The notes below the pieces were generated by a model. The model had not been told where the DNA came from, ran no database searches, and was given only the letters and a program-made list of their open reading frames with translations. Source: Anaeromyxobacteraceae bacterium (GTDB taxonomy: Bacteria > Myxococcota > Myxococcia > Myxococcales > Anaeromyxobacteraceae). From it: a stretch of 64,000 nt of DNA. The position numbers and the translations under genes are program-made. This document shows positions 1 to 8,348 of this stretch, piece by piece; within the stretch, counting starts at the first letter, position 1, and each line of letters starts with the position of its first letter. The stretch is taken from NCBI GenBank assembly GCA_032654565.1, contig JAULAX010000015.1, positions 800,001 to 864,000 of the forward strand. Direction: 5' to 3'.

Positions 1-789
1 GCCCTCGGCCAGCACGTACCCGGCCACGGTGAGCAGCGGGATGGCCGGCAGGGTGGAGGAGGAGACCAGGTTGAAGGTGGCGGTGGGGACGGCGGCGATG
101 GCCCCGGCCCCGCCGTCGCGGAAGAAGAGCGCCATGGCCACGCCGCTCATGGCCACGAAGACCGGGGCGCCCACCAGGAAGGCCAGCAGCGTCAGCAGCA
201 GCAGCACCATCACCAGCATCGGGGTCGGGGTGGCCTGGCCGAGCAGGAAGATGGCGGGGATGGACGCCAGGGCCACGCCGCGCGGCACCCAGCACCAGGC
301 CCCCTGCTTGAGCGGGCAGGCGCCGGCCATCCAGGCGAAGCGGAGCGCCATCACCGCGAAGCCGAGCGGCATCACCAGCTGGCTCCAGGCCACCCGGATG
401 CCGAAGGCCACCTCGCCGTGGCTGCCCCACTCCACCTCGACCAGCTTGATGGAGGCCCAGGTGAGCAGGGCGCAGGCGGCGGTGCTGGCGATCTGGCCGA
501 AGGCGTGGAGGGCGCGCCGCAGCGGCCCGTCGGGCAGCACGCCCAGGGTGGAGAGGCCGAGGTGGCGCTCCGAGGCGGTGGCCAGCAGGGCCCCGAGGAA
601 GCCGACCCAGAGGGTGATGTGCTGGGCCAGCACCGAGGCGCCGGGGAGGTCGCGGCCGAGGAAGCGGCGGGCCAGCGTCGAGGCGGCCGGCAGCGCGATC
701 ATGGCCAGCAGCAGCACGGTGACCAGCGCCCGCTCGACGCGGGTGCCGGGCTTGACGGCGGAGGTCTCGGAAGGGATCGCGGTGGTCAC
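1..789 (-). CDS. TRAP transporter fused small/large permease (DctQ-DctM), truncated by window edge
   Basis: Not in ORF track; manual translation from GTG at 789: MTTAIPSETS...AQHITLWVGFLGALLATASERHLGL (DctQ-like) ...LLAFLVGAPVFVAMSG...LPAIPLLTVAGYVLAEG (DctM start); divergent from tatT/dctP. Confidence 0.9.
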   Translation of the reverse strand, partial: MTTAIPSETSAVKPGTRVERALVTVLLLAMIALPAASTLARRFLGRDLPGASVLAQHITLWVGFLGALLATASERHLGLSTLGVLPDGPLRRALHAFGQIASTAACALLTWASIKLVEVEWGSHGEVAFGIRVAWSQLVMPLGFAVMALRFAWMAGACPLKQGAWCWVPRGVALASIPAIFLLGQATPTPMLVMVLLLLTLLAFLVGAPVFVAMSGVAMALFFRDGGAGAIAAVPTATFNLVSSSTLPAIPLLTVAGYVLAEG

Positions 790-860
790 GGGGAGTAGTA
801 TTTGACCCCCGCCCGGCGGGGAGCTTATGAGTACCATGAACTCCGCGGGGGAAGAGCGCC

Positions 861-1772
861 ATGCACCGTCCCACCCGCCTCGCCATCGCCGCCGTCCTGC
901 TGGTCACCGCACAGGGCTGCACCGGGCTGGCGGCCCGGGTGGCCGCCAACGCCCTGACCTCGGGGGGCGACACCTACGCCACCGACGACGACCCGGAGCT
1001 GGTCCGCGACGCCGTCCCCTTCGGCCTGAAGACCATGGAGGCGGTCCTCGCCTCCGACCCCAGGAACGAGCACCTGCTGCTGGCCCTCTGCAGCGGCTAC
1101 ACCCAGTACGCCTACGCCTTCGTGGCCACCGCCGCCGACACCGCCGATCTCGAGGGGCGGCTGGCCGAGTCGAAGGCGCTCCGGGCCCGGGCCCGGCGGC
1201 TCTTCCTGCGGGCCCGCGACTACGGCCTGCGCGGGCTCGACGAGCAGCGCGACGGCCTGGGCGGCCGGCTCCGCACCCTGCGCGACCTGCCCGGCCTGCT
1301 GGCCAAGGCGCGGGAGCAGGACGTCCCCCACCTCTCCTGGACCGCCTCGGCCTGGACGCTGGCCATCGTCAACGGCAAGGCGGACCTCGGGCTGGTGGCC
1401 GAGCTGCCCGCCCCCATCGCCATGATGGAGCGGGCGCTGGCCCTCGACGAGGCCTGGGGCGAGGGCTCGCTCCACGAGTTCTTCGTCTCCTACGACGCCA
1501 CCCGCACCGAGCGTGAGGGAGGCGGCGCCACCCGGGTGCGGGCCCACCTCGACCGGGCCCTGGCGCTCTCCGGGAATCAGAAGCTGGGCCCGCGGGTTGC
1601 ACTGGCCGAGGGGCTGCTGGTGCAGACCCAGGACCGGGCCGGCTTCACCGCCACCCTCGAGGAGGTGCTGAAGGCCGACCTCGACGCCGCGCCGAAGTAC
1701 CGCCTCGTCAACACCCTGGCCCAGCGTCGCGCCCGGCTGCTGCTCGACCACGTCGACGACCTCTTCCTCTAA
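861..1772 (+). CDS. TRAP-associated TPR lipoprotein, TatT family
   Basis: Lipobox AQGC; DDDPELVRDAVPFGLKTME and SGYTQYAYAFV motifs; lies between TRAP QM and DctP genes. Confidence 0.85.
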   Translation: MHRPTRLAIAAVLLVTAQGCTGLAARVAANALTSGGDTYATDDDPELVRDAVPFGLKTMEAVLASDPRNEHLLLALCSGYTQYAYAFVATAADTADLEGRLAESKALRARARRLFLRARDYGLRGLDEQRDGLGGRLRTLRDLPGLLAKAREQDVPHLSWTASAWTLAIVNGKADLGLVAELPAPIAMMERALALDEAWGEGSLHEFFVSYDATRTEREGGGATRVRAHLDRALALSGNQKLGPRVALAEGLLVQTQDRAGFTATLEEVLKADLDAAPKYRLVNTLAQRRARLLLDHVDDLFL

Positions 1773-2965
1773 ACCAGAGTTCGTGAATCGCGATCAACGG
1801 CAAGGCCGCGGAGCGCAGAAGGAAAGTTGAAAGGGAAGGACAACCCATCGATCGTTGGGGTTACGAGGCCACCAACGTCCATGGAGGAGCCCTTCCCGTG
1901 CACACCATACCGCGGCTCGATCGTGCCGCGCGACGTCGACTGATTCACCGAAGCAAGAAGACCCGAGACCACCACACCGCCCTCCGCTACCTCATGATCG
2001 CCAAGCTCGGACAGGGACTTTCCAGGCAGCAGGTCGCTCGCGACCTGGCGTGTGCCCCGTCCACGGTCGTGAAGGCGGCCAAGCGATTCGCCGAGGCTGG
2101 CGAGGAGGGGCTCACGGACCAGCGCGCCTTCAACGGAACGGCCAAGGTCGACGTGCGCTTCACCGAACAGTTGGAGCGAGTGCTGTACTCGGTGCCCACC
2201 GAGTTCGGCTGGGAACGGCCGACCTGGACGCGTGAGCTGCTCGGCCTCGAGATGGTCCGGCGGGGCTTCCCGAAGGTCGCGGTCTGCACCATCGGACGAG
2301 CGCTCTCGGCCATCGGCGCGCGGCTCAAGGCCCCGCGGCCGATCGTGCTCTGCCCGTGGGATCGGCAGCGCCGGCTGCGGGTTCTGCGTGCCATCCGCCA
2401 GCTGGCGGCCAACGCCACCGAGGCCGAGCCGGTCTTCTTCGAGGACGAGATGGACGTCCATCTCAACCCGAAGATCGGTCGCGACTGGATGCCCCGCGAC
2501 TACCGTCGGGTGATCGTCACGCCCGGAAAGAACAAGAAGCGCTTCGTCGCCGGCGCGCTCAATGCCGCCACCGGCCGGGTCACCTTTGTCGAGGCCAAGT
2601 CCAAGGCCAGCGACCTCTTCTGCAAGCTGGTCTGGAAGCTCGCCACCGAGTACCGCAAGGCGAAGCGGATCCACCTCATCGTCGACAACTACATCATCCA
2701 CTCCAGCAAGAAGACGCAGCGCTTCCTCTCCCAGTTCGGCGACCGAGTGGCGCTCCACTTCCTTCCTCCGTACTGCCCGAACGACAACCGGATCGAGCGC
2801 GTCTGGCTCGACCTGCACGCCAACGTCACGCGCAATCACCGCTGCAAGTCGATCGAGGAACTGATGGTCCACGTCTTCGCCTTCTTGCGCGGCTACAACC
2901 GCCGCGCCAAGCTCAACCCTTCACTCAGACTCGCGACCGCTGTTTCCGGATCGCGATCGGTCGTT
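1772..2965 (+). mobile_element. IS630-family insertion sequence (1194 bp), TA target duplication at 1770-1771 and 2966-2967
   Basis: Flanks ctcTA|aaccagag...ggtcgtt|TAgcacc rejoin to CTAG; imperfect terminal IRs (AAC...ATCGCGATC at both ends); lower GC than flanks. Confidence 0.9.
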
Positions 2966-2968
2966 TAG
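1898..2968 (+). CDS. IS630-family DDE transposase (single ORF)
   Basis: N-terminal HTH region, WT motif, FFEDE / LIVDN / FLPPYCPNDNRIERVW catalytic motifs. Confidence 0.95.
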   Translation: MHTIPRLDRAARRRLIHRSKKTRDHHTALRYLMIAKLGQGLSRQQVARDLACAPSTVVKAAKRFAEAGEEGLTDQRAFNGTAKVDVRFTEQLERVLYSVPTEFGWERPTWTRELLGLEMVRRGFPKVAVCTIGRALSAIGARLKAPRPIVLCPWDRQRRLRVLRAIRQLAANATEAEPVFFEDEMDVHLNPKIGRDWMPRDYRRVIVTPGKNKKRFVAGALNAATGRVTFVEAKSKASDLFCKLVWKLATEYRKAKRIHLIVDNYIIHSSKKTQRFLSQFGDRVALHFLPPYCPNDNRIERVWLDLHANVTRNHRCKSIEELMVHVFAFLRGYNRRAKLNPSLRLATAVSGSRSVV

Positions 2969-2998
2969 CACCCGCAGTCCCCCCGCAAGGAGAACCCC

Positions 2999-3991
2999 GT
3001 GAAGAAGCTCGTCTTCGCCGCGCTCGCCGCCCTGGTCGCCTCGACCGCGCAGGCCCAGGTCACCATCAAGCTGGGGACCCTGGCGCCGGCCGGCTCGACC
3101 TGGCACGAGATCCTCAAGGAGATGGGGCAGCGCTGGGAGCAGGCCTCGGGCGGGCAGGTGAAGCTGCGGGTCTACGCCGGCGGCACCCAGGGGAGCGAGG
3201 GGGACATGGTCCGCAAGATGGGGATCGGCCAGCTGCAGGCCGGCTCCCTCTCCAACATCGGCATGCACGACATCCTCCCCGAGCCGCAGATGCTCTCGCT
3301 GCCCATGTTCTTCAGCGACGAGGCCGACGTCGAGTGCACCTTCCAGAAGATGCGGGCGCGGCTGGAGACGGCCTTCGAGGCCAGCAACTACGTGGTGCTG
3401 CAGTGGAGCCGCATCGGCGCCATGTCGATGTTCTGCGACAAGCCCTACCGCACCCCGGCCGAGATGGCGGCGGCCAACGCCAAGGTCTTCGCCTGGGAGG
3501 GCGACCCCAAGAGCGTCGACGCCTGGCGGGCCTCCGGCTTCCGCCCGGTGGTCCTCTCCTCCACCGACGTGGTGCCGTCGCTGCAGACCGGGATGATCAA
3601 CTGCGTCACCAACGTGCCGCTCTACATCCTCACCACCCGGCTCTTCGAGAAGGCCGACTACATGGTCGACCTGCCGTGGGGCTTCATCTACGGCGCCACC
3701 ATCGTGCGCAAGGACGCCTGGCTGAAGATCGCCCCCGAGCTGCGCACCCGGCTGCAGGCCATCGCCGTCGAGCTGGGCGCCAAGGTGGACGCCGAGGTGC
3801 GCAGGCTCAACGTCGACGCCGTCGCCGCCATGAGGAAGCAGGGGCTGCAGGTGGTGAGCGTCGAGGCCCGGCCGTGGCGCGAGGTGATGGAGAAGGCCTG
3901 GCCGGTGGTGCGCGGCGGGGTGGTGCCGGCCGCCTTCTTCGACGAGGTCAAGGCGGCGCGCGACCAGTGCCGGGCCGGGAAGAAGAAGTAG
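2999..3991 (+). CDS. dctP: TRAP transporter substrate-binding protein DctP (TatP-like)
   Basis: Signal peptide AQA, IKLGTLAPAGSTW, YAGGTQGSEGDMVRKM, VPSLQTGMI; AAGGAG SD before GTG. Confidence 0.92.
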   Translation: MKKLVFAALAALVASTAQAQVTIKLGTLAPAGSTWHEILKEMGQRWEQASGGQVKLRVYAGGTQGSEGDMVRKMGIGQLQAGSLSNIGMHDILPEPQMLSLPMFFSDEADVECTFQKMRARLETAFEASNYVVLQWSRIGAMSMFCDKPYRTPAEMAAANAKVFAWEGDPKSVDAWRASGFRPVVLSSTDVVPSLQTGMINCVTNVPLYILTTRLFEKADYMVDLPWGFIYGATIVRKDAWLKIAPELRTRLQAIAVELGAKVDAEVRRLNVDAVAAMRKQGLQVVSVEARPWREVMEKAWPVVRGGVVPAAFFDEVKAARDQCRAGKKK

Positions 3992-4023
3992 CCCGGCCGG
4001 CCGCGCCGGGCGCTCCCGTCCGG

Positions 4024-4563
4024 TCAGTGCTTGTCGCTGGCGTGGGTCAGCTTGAGGGCGAGGCCGATGAGGGCCGTGGCCCCGGCCATGTAGAGCAGGT
4101 CGATCGGCGTCGCGGTCTTCACCGAGATGACCCGCTCGAAGAAGGCCACCACCAGCATGAGCATGATCACCTTGCCCAGCCGGTTCTTGAGGTCGTCGAG
4201 GCTGCGGATGAGGAGCAGGTTCTCCGCCCCCTCGCCCTGGCGCGCCGGCTCCAGCCTGGAGACGAAGAGCTCGTAGAGGCCGAGGGCGAAGATCAGCAAG
4301 ATGGCCGCCAGCAGGTAGGCGTCGATGATCTCGATGACGTGCCCCACCGACTCCTGCTTCAGCTGGGCGCGCGCCGCCCGCTCCATCGCCGGGGAGGCGT
4401 AGCTCATCAGGTGGCTGGCCATGAGCACGGTATCCACCGAGGCCATCCAGAACACGGCCAGCGAGGCCACCAGGCTGCCGAACACCGCCAGCAGCACCAC
4501 GTAGCGCATGCTCCAGAGGGCCTTCTCGGCTCGCCGCTCAAAGCCGGTACCCGGCTGCTCCAT
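4024..4563 (-). CDS. YqhA/UPF0114-family membrane protein
   Basis: Four hydrophobic segments; [20 protein letters not shown] and [13 protein letters not shown] motifs. Confidence 0.85.
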   Translation of the reverse strand: MEQPGTGFERRAEKALWSMRYVVLLAVFGSLVASLAVFWMASVDTVLMASHLMSYASPAMERAARAQLKQESVGHVIEIIDAYLLAAILLIFALGLYELFVSRLEPARQGEGAENLLLIRSLDDLKNRLGKVIMLMLVVAFFERVISVKTATPIDLLYMAGATALIGLALKLTHASDKH

Positions 4564-4766
4564 CCCCGTCCTCCCGGCTCGCCGGCGGCCTCGCCCGCGG
4601 AGCGGGGAATCATAGCGGACCGCTCCGAACCGGGCCAGCTGGCCGGCTCACCCCTGCCTCCCTCGAGCTCCGGGCGGCTCAGGGCCCCCCCGGGAGCTGG
4701 CGGGTGGAGCGCGACCGCGGCGCGCGCGGTGGCCGCCCGCTAGAATCACCAGGGAGGACCTGGACC

Positions 4767-5705
4767 ATGGCGCGCTGGCGACCCGACATGAAGGAGTCCG
4801 AGGCGACGCCGGAGCGGCTCTGGCTGCGCCGGCGCGACTTCCTCAAGCTGGGCGCGGCCGGGGCGCTGGGGCTGGCCGGGCTGGGGCGGGCCGCGGCCGG
4901 CGAGCCGAGCGGGGCCGCGCTGCCGGTGGCCAGGCGGGTGGCGCTGGCCGGCGGCGAGACCCCCACCCCCTGGGACGACGTCACCAGCTACAACAACTTC
5001 TACGAGCTGGGGACCGACAAGGCCGACCCGGCCCAGCGCGCCGGCACGCTCCGGCCGCGCCCCTGGACGGTGACCGTCGACGGCGAGGTGAAGAGGCCGC
5101 TCACCCTCGACGTCGACGCGCTCATCAAGCGCTTCCCGCCGGAGGAGCGGCTCTACCGGATGCGCTGCGTCGAGGCCTGGTCGATGGTGATCCCCTGGGA
5201 CGGCTTCCCGCTCGGCGACCTGCTCCGCCAGGTGGAGCCGACCTCGCGGGCCAGGTTCGTCGCCTTCCAGACGCTCCTCGACCCGGTCCAGCTCCCCGGC
5301 CAGCGGCGCGCCGTGCTCGACTGGCCCTACGTGGAGGGGCTGCGCATCGACGAGGCCACCCACCCGCTGACGCTGCTGGCGGTCGGGCTCTACGGCCGGG
5401 TCCTGCCCGGGCAGAACGGGGCGCCGCTGCGGCTGGTGGTGCCGTGGAAGTACGGCTTCAAGGGGGTGAAGTCGATCGTCCGCATCACCCTCACCGAGCG
5501 CCAGCCGCCCACCAGCTGGAGCCGGCTGGCGCCGTCGGAGTACGGCTTCTACGGCAACGTCGACCCCGAGGTGGACCACCCGCGCTGGAGCCAGGCCCGG
5601 GAGCGGCGCATCGGCGAGTTCCTCAAGCGCAAGACGCTCCCCTTCAACGGCTACCCCGAGGTGGCCCCGCTCTACGCCGGCCTCGATCCGCGGAAGCTCT
5701 ACTGA
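4767..5705 (+). CDS. msrP: Protein-methionine-sulfoxide reductase catalytic subunit
   Basis: Tat motif [51 protein letters not shown]; start moved to ATG 4767 after GGAGG. Confidence 0.96.
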   Translation: MARWRPDMKESEATPERLWLRRRDFLKLGAAGALGLAGLGRAAAGEPSGAALPVARRVALAGGETPTPWDDVTSYNNFYELGTDKADPAQRAGTLRPRPWTVTVDGEVKRPLTLDVDALIKRFPPEERLYRMRCVEAWSMVIPWDGFPLGDLLRQVEPTSRARFVAFQTLLDPVQLPGQRRAVLDWPYVEGLRIDEATHPLTLLAVGLYGRVLPGQNGAPLRLVVPWKYGFKGVKSIVRITLTERQPPTSWSRLAPSEYGFYGNVDPEVDHPRWSQARERRIGEFLKRKTLPFNGYPEVAPLYAGLDPRKLY

Positions 5706-5707
5706 CC

Positions 5708-6295
5708 GTGAACGGTCCGGCCCGGCGGCGGTGGGTGAAGGCGGCGGGGTGGGGCCTGGCCCTGGCGCCGCTGGCGCTGCTGGCCGCCGACGCCCTCGGT
5801 CGCCGGCTCGGCGCCAACCCCATCGAGGCGGTGCTCAACCGGCTCGGCTTCTGGACCCTCACCTTCCTCACCCTCTCGCTGGTGCCCACCCCGCTCCACC
5901 GCTGGACCGGGCTGGCCTGGCCGCTCGCCCTGCGGCGGCTCCTCGGGGTCACCGCCTTCGCCTACGCGGCGCTCCACTTCACCTGGTACCTCGGCGTCGA
6001 CCAGTTCTTCGACCTGCGGGTGGTGGCGGCCGACGTGGTGAAGCGCCCCTTCATCACCGTCGGCTTCGCGGCGCTGCTGCTGCTCCTGCCGCTGGCCGTG
6101 ACCTCCACCGACGGCTGGGTGCGCCGCCTCGGCTTCGCCCGGTGGAAGGCGCTGCACCGGCTGGCCTACGGGGCGGCGCTGCTCGGCCTCGTCCACTTCG
6201 CCTGGCGGGTCAAGGCCGACCGGCTCAAGCCCACGCTCTTCGCGGCGGCGGTGGCGGCCCTGCTGCTGCTCCGGCTCCGGCGGCGGCCGACCTGA
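5708..6295 (+). CDS. msrQ: Heme-binding membrane subunit of methionine sulfoxide reductase
   Basis: LGANPIE, RRLLG..AF.YA.LH, LAVTST, WKALHRLAY; GTG 2 nt after msrP stop. Confidence 0.93.
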   Translation: MNGPARRRWVKAAGWGLALAPLALLAADALGRRLGANPIEAVLNRLGFWTLTFLTLSLVPTPLHRWTGLAWPLALRRLLGVTAFAYAALHFTWYLGVDQFFDLRVVAADVVKRPFITVGFAALLLLLPLAVTSTDGWVRRLGFARWKALHRLAYGAALLGLVHFAWRVKADRLKPTLFAAAVAALLLLRLRRRPT

Positions 6296-6298
6296 GGC

Positions 6299-6670
6299 TC
6301 AGCGCCGCCGGTGGGCCTCGACCACCGCCAGCAGCTGGTCGATGTCGAAGGGCTTGGGCATGACCGCCTGGGGCGGGGGCAGGTCGGGGCGCTCCTCGGA
6401 GCCCGGGGTGGCGGAGAGGACCACCACCGGGATGCCGGCCAGCCGCGGGTCGGCCAGCTGGGCGCGGCGGAACTCCAGCCCGTTCATCACCGGCATCATC
6501 ATGTCGAGCAGGATGAGCGCGGGGTCGGCGCCGGCCTCCAGCACCCGCATCGCCTCCTCGCCGTTGCCGGCGCAGGTCACGGTGAACCCCTCCCGCTCCA
6601 GGAGCAGGGAGACCGCCCCCTGGATGGAGGGATCGTCCTCGACCAGCAGGATGTGACAGGGCGTGGGCAC
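6299..6670 (-). CDS. Single-domain response regulator (CheY-like receiver)
   Basis: ILLVEDD, LILLDMMMPVMNG, VVVLSA, KPFD. Confidence 0.93.
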   Translation of the reverse strand: MPTPCHILLVEDDPSIQGAVSLLLEREGFTVTCAGNGEEAMRVLEAGADPALILLDMMMPVMNGLEFRRAQLADPRLAGIPVVVLSATPGSEERPDLPPPQAVMPKPFDIDQLLAVVEAHRRR

Positions 6671-6727
6671 GCCAGCGAACTATTGACCAGATCGGCGCCG
6701 GGGAGGCCATCCATTCGGGGCGGTTCG

Positions 6728-6756
6728 TTGACACCCCCCCGCGCGGGCAGTAAACG
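6728..6756 (+). promoter_or_regulatory. Sigma70-type promoter, probably leaderless, for the DUF429-like gene
   Basis: TTGACA (6728-6733), 17-nt spacer, TAAACG (6751-6756), 6 nt to GTG at 6763. Confidence 0.6.
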
Positions 6757-6762
6757 CGATCC

Positions 6763-7692
6763 GTGGCCGACCAACTGGAACAGCGTGCCGGCGCGGTCTT
6801 CCTCCGGGCCCAGCCCCCCCGGCTGGCCTTGCCGGCCCGCGGCACCTTCATCGGGCTGGCCTGGAGCGGCGTCGAGGGGGCCGGCAACAAGATCGTCGCC
6901 GCCAGCCTGGAGTGCGAGAAGGATCGGGCCCGGCTGGCCCGGCTCTGGCGCCCCTTCAGCGACGCGCCGGGGCGGCGCGACGTGCGGGCCCGGTTCGCCC
7001 CCTGGCTCGAGGAGCAGCTGCGCTGGGCCGAGGGGAGGCTGGTGGTGGGCGTCGACTTCCCGCTCTCCATGCCCGAGACCCACGTGCGGCAGCTGGGGCT
7101 GCTGCGTCAGGCGCTGCGCGGCCCGGCGGTGCTCGGCAAGCACCTGGAGGAGCGCTTCCTCGGGGAGACCGGGGACTTCACCGGCGCCGCCACCCGGCTG
7201 CGCGGCGAGCTGGGGCGCGAGCAGCGCCGGGTCACCGATTGCTACCGCGCCGAGCCGCTCACCGCCACGTCGCCGCGGGCGCTGCGGCGGACCCTCTTCG
7301 GCCTGGTGACCGTGGCCCGGCTCGACGCCGCCTTCGTCCCCTGGGAGCCGCCGCGGGCCAGCGGCGCCACCCTGGTGGAGGTGCGCCCCGGCCACGTGGC
7401 CCGGGCCCTCTGCGGCTGCTGCGACACCCGCGACGACGTTGCCGGGGGGTCACGCCGCTCGGCGCGGGCCACCGTCTTGCGGGTGCTGCGGAGCGCCGCC
7501 CGCATCGAGTTCCAGATGGAGCAGGCGGCGCCCATCATCGAGGACGGCGGCGGCGACCACCTGGCGGCGCTGCTGGCCGCGGTGGGGGCGGCGGCGGCCA
7601 GCGCCGACGGCTTCCAGGGCGTGCCCCACGACGTGCCGCGCTGCGAGGGGTGGATCTACTCGGTGCGCGAGGAGCCGTGGCGCACGCCGTAG
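6763..7692 (+). CDS. DUF429-like (RNase H-fold) protein with substituted acidic residues
   Basis: FIGLAWSG, VGVDFPLSMP, RRVTD, LVEVRP, GDHLAALLAA and terminal EGWIY follow the DUF429 motif order. Confidence 0.65.
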   Translation: MADQLEQRAGAVFLRAQPPRLALPARGTFIGLAWSGVEGAGNKIVAASLECEKDRARLARLWRPFSDAPGRRDVRARFAPWLEEQLRWAEGRLVVGVDFPLSMPETHVRQLGLLRQALRGPAVLGKHLEERFLGETGDFTGAATRLRGELGREQRRVTDCYRAEPLTATSPRALRRTLFGLVTVARLDAAFVPWEPPRASGATLVEVRPGHVARALCGCCDTRDDVAGGSRRSARATVLRVLRSAARIEFQMEQAAPIIEDGGGDHLAALLAAVGAAAASADGFQGVPHDVPRCEGWIYSVREEPWRTP

Positions 7693-7717
7693 CCGGCGGC
7701 GCCGGGGACGGGCCTCG

Positions 7718-8341
7718 GTGAGGCGGCGCGAGCCCGAGGCGGCGCTGCGGGCGCTGCAACGCCGCATGGCGGCCTTCCGGCCGCGCGGCTTCGGCCCCAC
7801 CGTGCACGGGCCGCCGGTGCTGAGCCGGGTCTTCCTGCTCGGGCAGGCGCCCGGTCCGCACGAGGCCAGGCTGGGCCGCCCCTTCGCCTGGACCGCCGGC
7901 AAGACGCTCTTCCGCTGGCTGGAGCAGGCCACCGGGGCCGGCGAGGCGGCGGTGCGCGACGCCTTCTACATCTCGGCGGTGGCCCGCGGCTTCCCTGGCA
8001 AGGCCAGTGGTGGCGGCGACCGGGTGCCGACACCGGCCGAGATCGAGCGCTGGCGCCCCTTCATCGTCGGGGAGCTGGACATCCTCGAGCCTCGCCTGGT
8101 GGTCCCCATCGGCCGCCTCGCCATCGGCGAGGTGCTGGGGCCGCGGCCGCTGGCCGAGGTGATCGGGCGCTCCTTCGAGGTGACCTGGCACGGCCACGCC
8201 GTCGAGGTGATCCCGCTCCCCCACCCGTCGGGCGCCTCCACCTGGTTCAAGGTGGAGCCGGGGCGGACCCTGCTCGGCGAGGCGCTCGGGCTGCTGGGGC
8301 GGCACGCCGAGGTGCGGCGGGCGCTCGACCGGGCGCGGTGA
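7718..8341 (+). CDS. Uracil-DNA glycosylase superfamily protein
   Basis: LLGQAPG, GRPFAWTAGKTLFRW, PLPHPSG; start assigned to GTG 7718. Confidence 0.88.
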   Translation: MRRREPEAALRALQRRMAAFRPRGFGPTVHGPPVLSRVFLLGQAPGPHEARLGRPFAWTAGKTLFRWLEQATGAGEAAVRDAFYISAVARGFPGKASGGGDRVPTPAEIERWRPFIVGELDILEPRLVVPIGRLAIGEVLGPRPLAEVIGRSFEVTWHGHAVEVIPLPHPSGASTWFKVEPGRTLLGEALGLLGRHAEVRRALDRAR

Positions 8342-8348
8342 GCCGGGC

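Noticed and set aside
790..860. GGGGAGTAG resembling the yybP-ykoY riboswitch 5' motif
   Set aside because: Downstream conserved elements absent; only 71 nt between divergent genes, better explained as promoters
1769..2872. 367-aa ORF antisense to the IS630 transposase
   Set aside because: Codon-register mirror of the transposase; no independent motifs
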